NCBI GenBank assembly: GCA_976226885.1
Contig: OZ320313.1
Span: 34,658,001-34,722,000, forward strand
Length of the DNA: 64,000 nt
DNA from: Iphione sp. A-MEVVRFRX5
Lineage: Eukaryota
Direction of reading: 5' to 3'
Under the pieces are notes generated by a model. The model saw nothing but the letters and a program-made list of their open reading frames with translations. It had not been told where the DNA came from and ran no database searches. This document shows, in pieces, positions 61,211-64,000 of this stretch. How positions within the stretch are numbered: position 1 is the stretch's first letter; every line of letters starts with the position of its first letter. The translations under genes and the position numbers were made by a program.

Positions 61211-64000
61211 GTGCGCCTTACCTTCCTACCTTTTCTGAAAATTACCTGAGTTAGTGTGAGAGAGCAAATTCTGTGGGGAATGACATCTCCTGTTTGGTAA
61301 CAATGCTTTCTATTGTTAGCATTGTTGTGCATACTCATGTTTTGATGTCTATTCAACAGTTTGGTAGCAAAGGTTTACTCTCTGATACGTTTTACCATGA
61401 ATTTTGTCTCACCTGTTTTCCTCATTATGCGCATTCACATGGAAGCGATCGGAAATGTGCGTAAATGTTAGATTATGGACTCCTGTCATTACCAGTCGCC
61501 AAACTTAAATACATCCAATATAAATACACATATCACAAACATCAATTTGCATCAGCTGGTTCGATGATATTAGTATGTATTGCATCAGAAATGTGTCATT
61601 ATGGTCAGTATTTAGATCAGGTGTCGCAAAAGCTGTGTTTTCCTTGAAACTAGATACCACTACAAAGATGATCCTAGTTTATATACGAAAAATATCTCAT
61701 TACTTTATTATATATCTTTGCCCCTCATAGCTAACACACCAACAAATGCAAAAACATATTGTGGTGTGGAGCAGTAAATTATTCCACACAGTTACTCAGT
61801 GCAATGAGCATACATACTTACTCTTCATGATAGCTCTGTACATTATGGTTGTATGTATAAAAGTAAGTGTTTGTGGAGTTAACCTCAATTGAGTTCTGAC
61901 ACTTTTGGATTAAGTTCTTCAACTGTTAATTGGATTTACCTCAGTATGTTAAGATCTGGCCACAACAACATTCCCAGCCAGTATGACAACATCTGAGTAA
62001 CTAGCCAATATAGAAACACTTTCTAAAATAGATAGTTCACGGTTTAGTTCTTCACCAAAATATCACACTGCCACCTGTACCTTTCACTTCTCACCTCCTC
62101 TGATCCTTTATTATCTATTTCAAATGACTATAAGATTATTGAGCAATCCTTTAGAAACGAGTCACAACTATTAATAAAGAGATTTCTGCACAAAACATTC
62201 GGAGGAAACAACAAAACAATCTAACGATATGCAGTATGCTTCAAAGTCTTAAAAGAATGACTATTCAGACCCCTTTTAACCGTAACCTATTCATAACCCC
62301 TTTTTACAATGTTGTATAGAAAATTATAAAAAAAATCATTCAGAAAACATACAAGCAATGCAAATGTGTGCTTCGAAGCTACTTCCTAAAATATATTGCA
62401 AAGGGGAAATTAGGAGAATTTAAAGAGCTACCCCCAAGATATAGAGTTCAAAATAATAGAAAAGGGGAAAAATACCTTCATTTCCTGCTTTGTATTAAAT
62501 ACAGTTCTTAACGGTAGAACTCAAAATTCTTATCAGAGTTGGAGCTAGCCTGGGTCCTACGGTACATATATCAATTTCAAACACCATAGACTAATGTGGC
62601 AGAACATTCGAAATCCCATAACAAGAAACGTACAGTATACAGTCACCAATCCGGCCAGCATTCATGACAAGGTGATTAACCTAAATTTTGAGTTGCTTCC
62701 TTGTGGAAGGGCCTATGTAGTTCATATTGTAAAGCGTATCGAAGTGATGGAGGCGCAAAACCAATCTAAAGGCTCCCATGCGCAGGTGCGTGTGAAGAAA
62801 TAGGCATCGCAAGTTGCACCTTGCGAGGCGAGAAGAATATGTAAAGGTGAGAACGACAGGAAAGCCTAGAGAGTTACACCTGGACATCTTTCTAGTTAAT
62901 TCATATTGTACTTGGGGAGCATCTCTCGGCAAGGTGAAGGAAGGTCACTGTACACATGCCAGTGTGACTGTATTGTAGCTTCTGTTAGGGCCTGTTTCCA
63001 TGCATGCAAGTATGAACCTCTTTCAGGTCCTTTATCACATTAGAGTGTTCATTAAAACAAGAAGTCCTTGTAGTACTTGTTATTTTAGTATTTGTTAGGG
63101 CAAGAGATAGAATGGCATTTCAACTTGAAACAGATATAATCAAATGCCACTCTCAGTTAAGTTTTTTCATGTGTAACATTGAATTTGCCTTGCTTTATGA
63201 AAAGGCCTCTTATTTCTAAATAAATAGATTATTAGTTTTAATTTATATAATCTTGATCAGCTTCACATCACTACTGATCCGTACCTGTCGTACAGTACAT
63301 ATTCGTTGAGTTCGAAATTATATGGAAATAGAGAAAGCTGTTTCCGGTTAAGAAAGGCTCGTTTGCCCTTGCTGCAGCCTTTTTTTCAAAGTCACACTGC
63401 TTCGATATTGTCTTTCCTTAAACAGATCCGGGTGGAATGCCTGCTAAATTTAAAACTAGTGTCATTACATTCTTCGAGGGGAGTGCTTCTCCAAGCATCC
63501 AGTCACAAGAAAATCTTATGGTTCTTCTGAGTGAAATATCTTAGAATAGACCGTTCACAGATGATAACATTTTTATGGTGCCACATACCTGTTCCTTGCC
63601 TTCTTGTACGATCCCTTCCATGAGAGATGATTTCAAAGAGCAAACTGATAGAAACTAAATCAAAACTGCGCCGGTCATTAGTGAGGGGGATGTCTGGCGA
63701 AATACAAACAAACACTAAGGTAACAAGCTGGGAGCACATGTGCCAGGCATTTCTTTCTCTTGAGGTAGTAACATCATGTCCCTTTAACAGGGATCGGCTT
63801 GACAAAGGTAGCAGTCCGATAATCATTCCCCGTGTAGATGACATCTTGTTCTCGGTTGGAGAGTGTTGTTAATAGTGTAAACTCAACAAGAGCAGTAGTC
63901 CCGTAGTCTATAGGAGTTAAAGAATTCAGGATCATCTCTGGACAAGGGCTTAAAGTTTGTCTAACTTGATGAGGGTGTTTGGCAGGCTATTGCACTTGCA

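Overview
This is non-coding-rich eukaryotic DNA. I found no operons, CRISPR array, rRNA or intact tRNA, and no complete protein-coding gene. It looks like a large intron or intergenic region of an animal, and an invertebrate deuterostome such as amphioxus is my unverified guess from the repeat types. Best-supported content: (1) a frameshifted, CpG-eroded pogo/Tigger (CENP-B-HTH + DDE) transposase pseudogene at 56.1-57.65 kb, plus a second pogo C-terminal fragment at 42.35-42.9 kb; (2) six or seven non-autonomous TIR elements (MITEs) whose ends can be read directly, four with TTA/TAA target duplications (PIF/Harbinger type) and two or three with TA; (3) an RTE-type retroposon tail and an L2/CR1-like LINE fragment; (4) microsatellites and minisatellites; (5) a candidate minus-strand coding exon (53048-53270) encoding a hydrophobic signal-like segment, next to a CpG-rich promoter-like region. 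Most ORFs in the six-frame track are shadows of repeats or chance ORFs. I did not find a convincing new biological system. The best leads are sharp CpG-free blocks that coincide with transposon bodies, a repeat module shared by MITEs with different termini, an exon-like unit with a single in-frame TGA, and candidate micro-exon or recursive splice sites. All are hypotheses needing database or RNA-seq checks.
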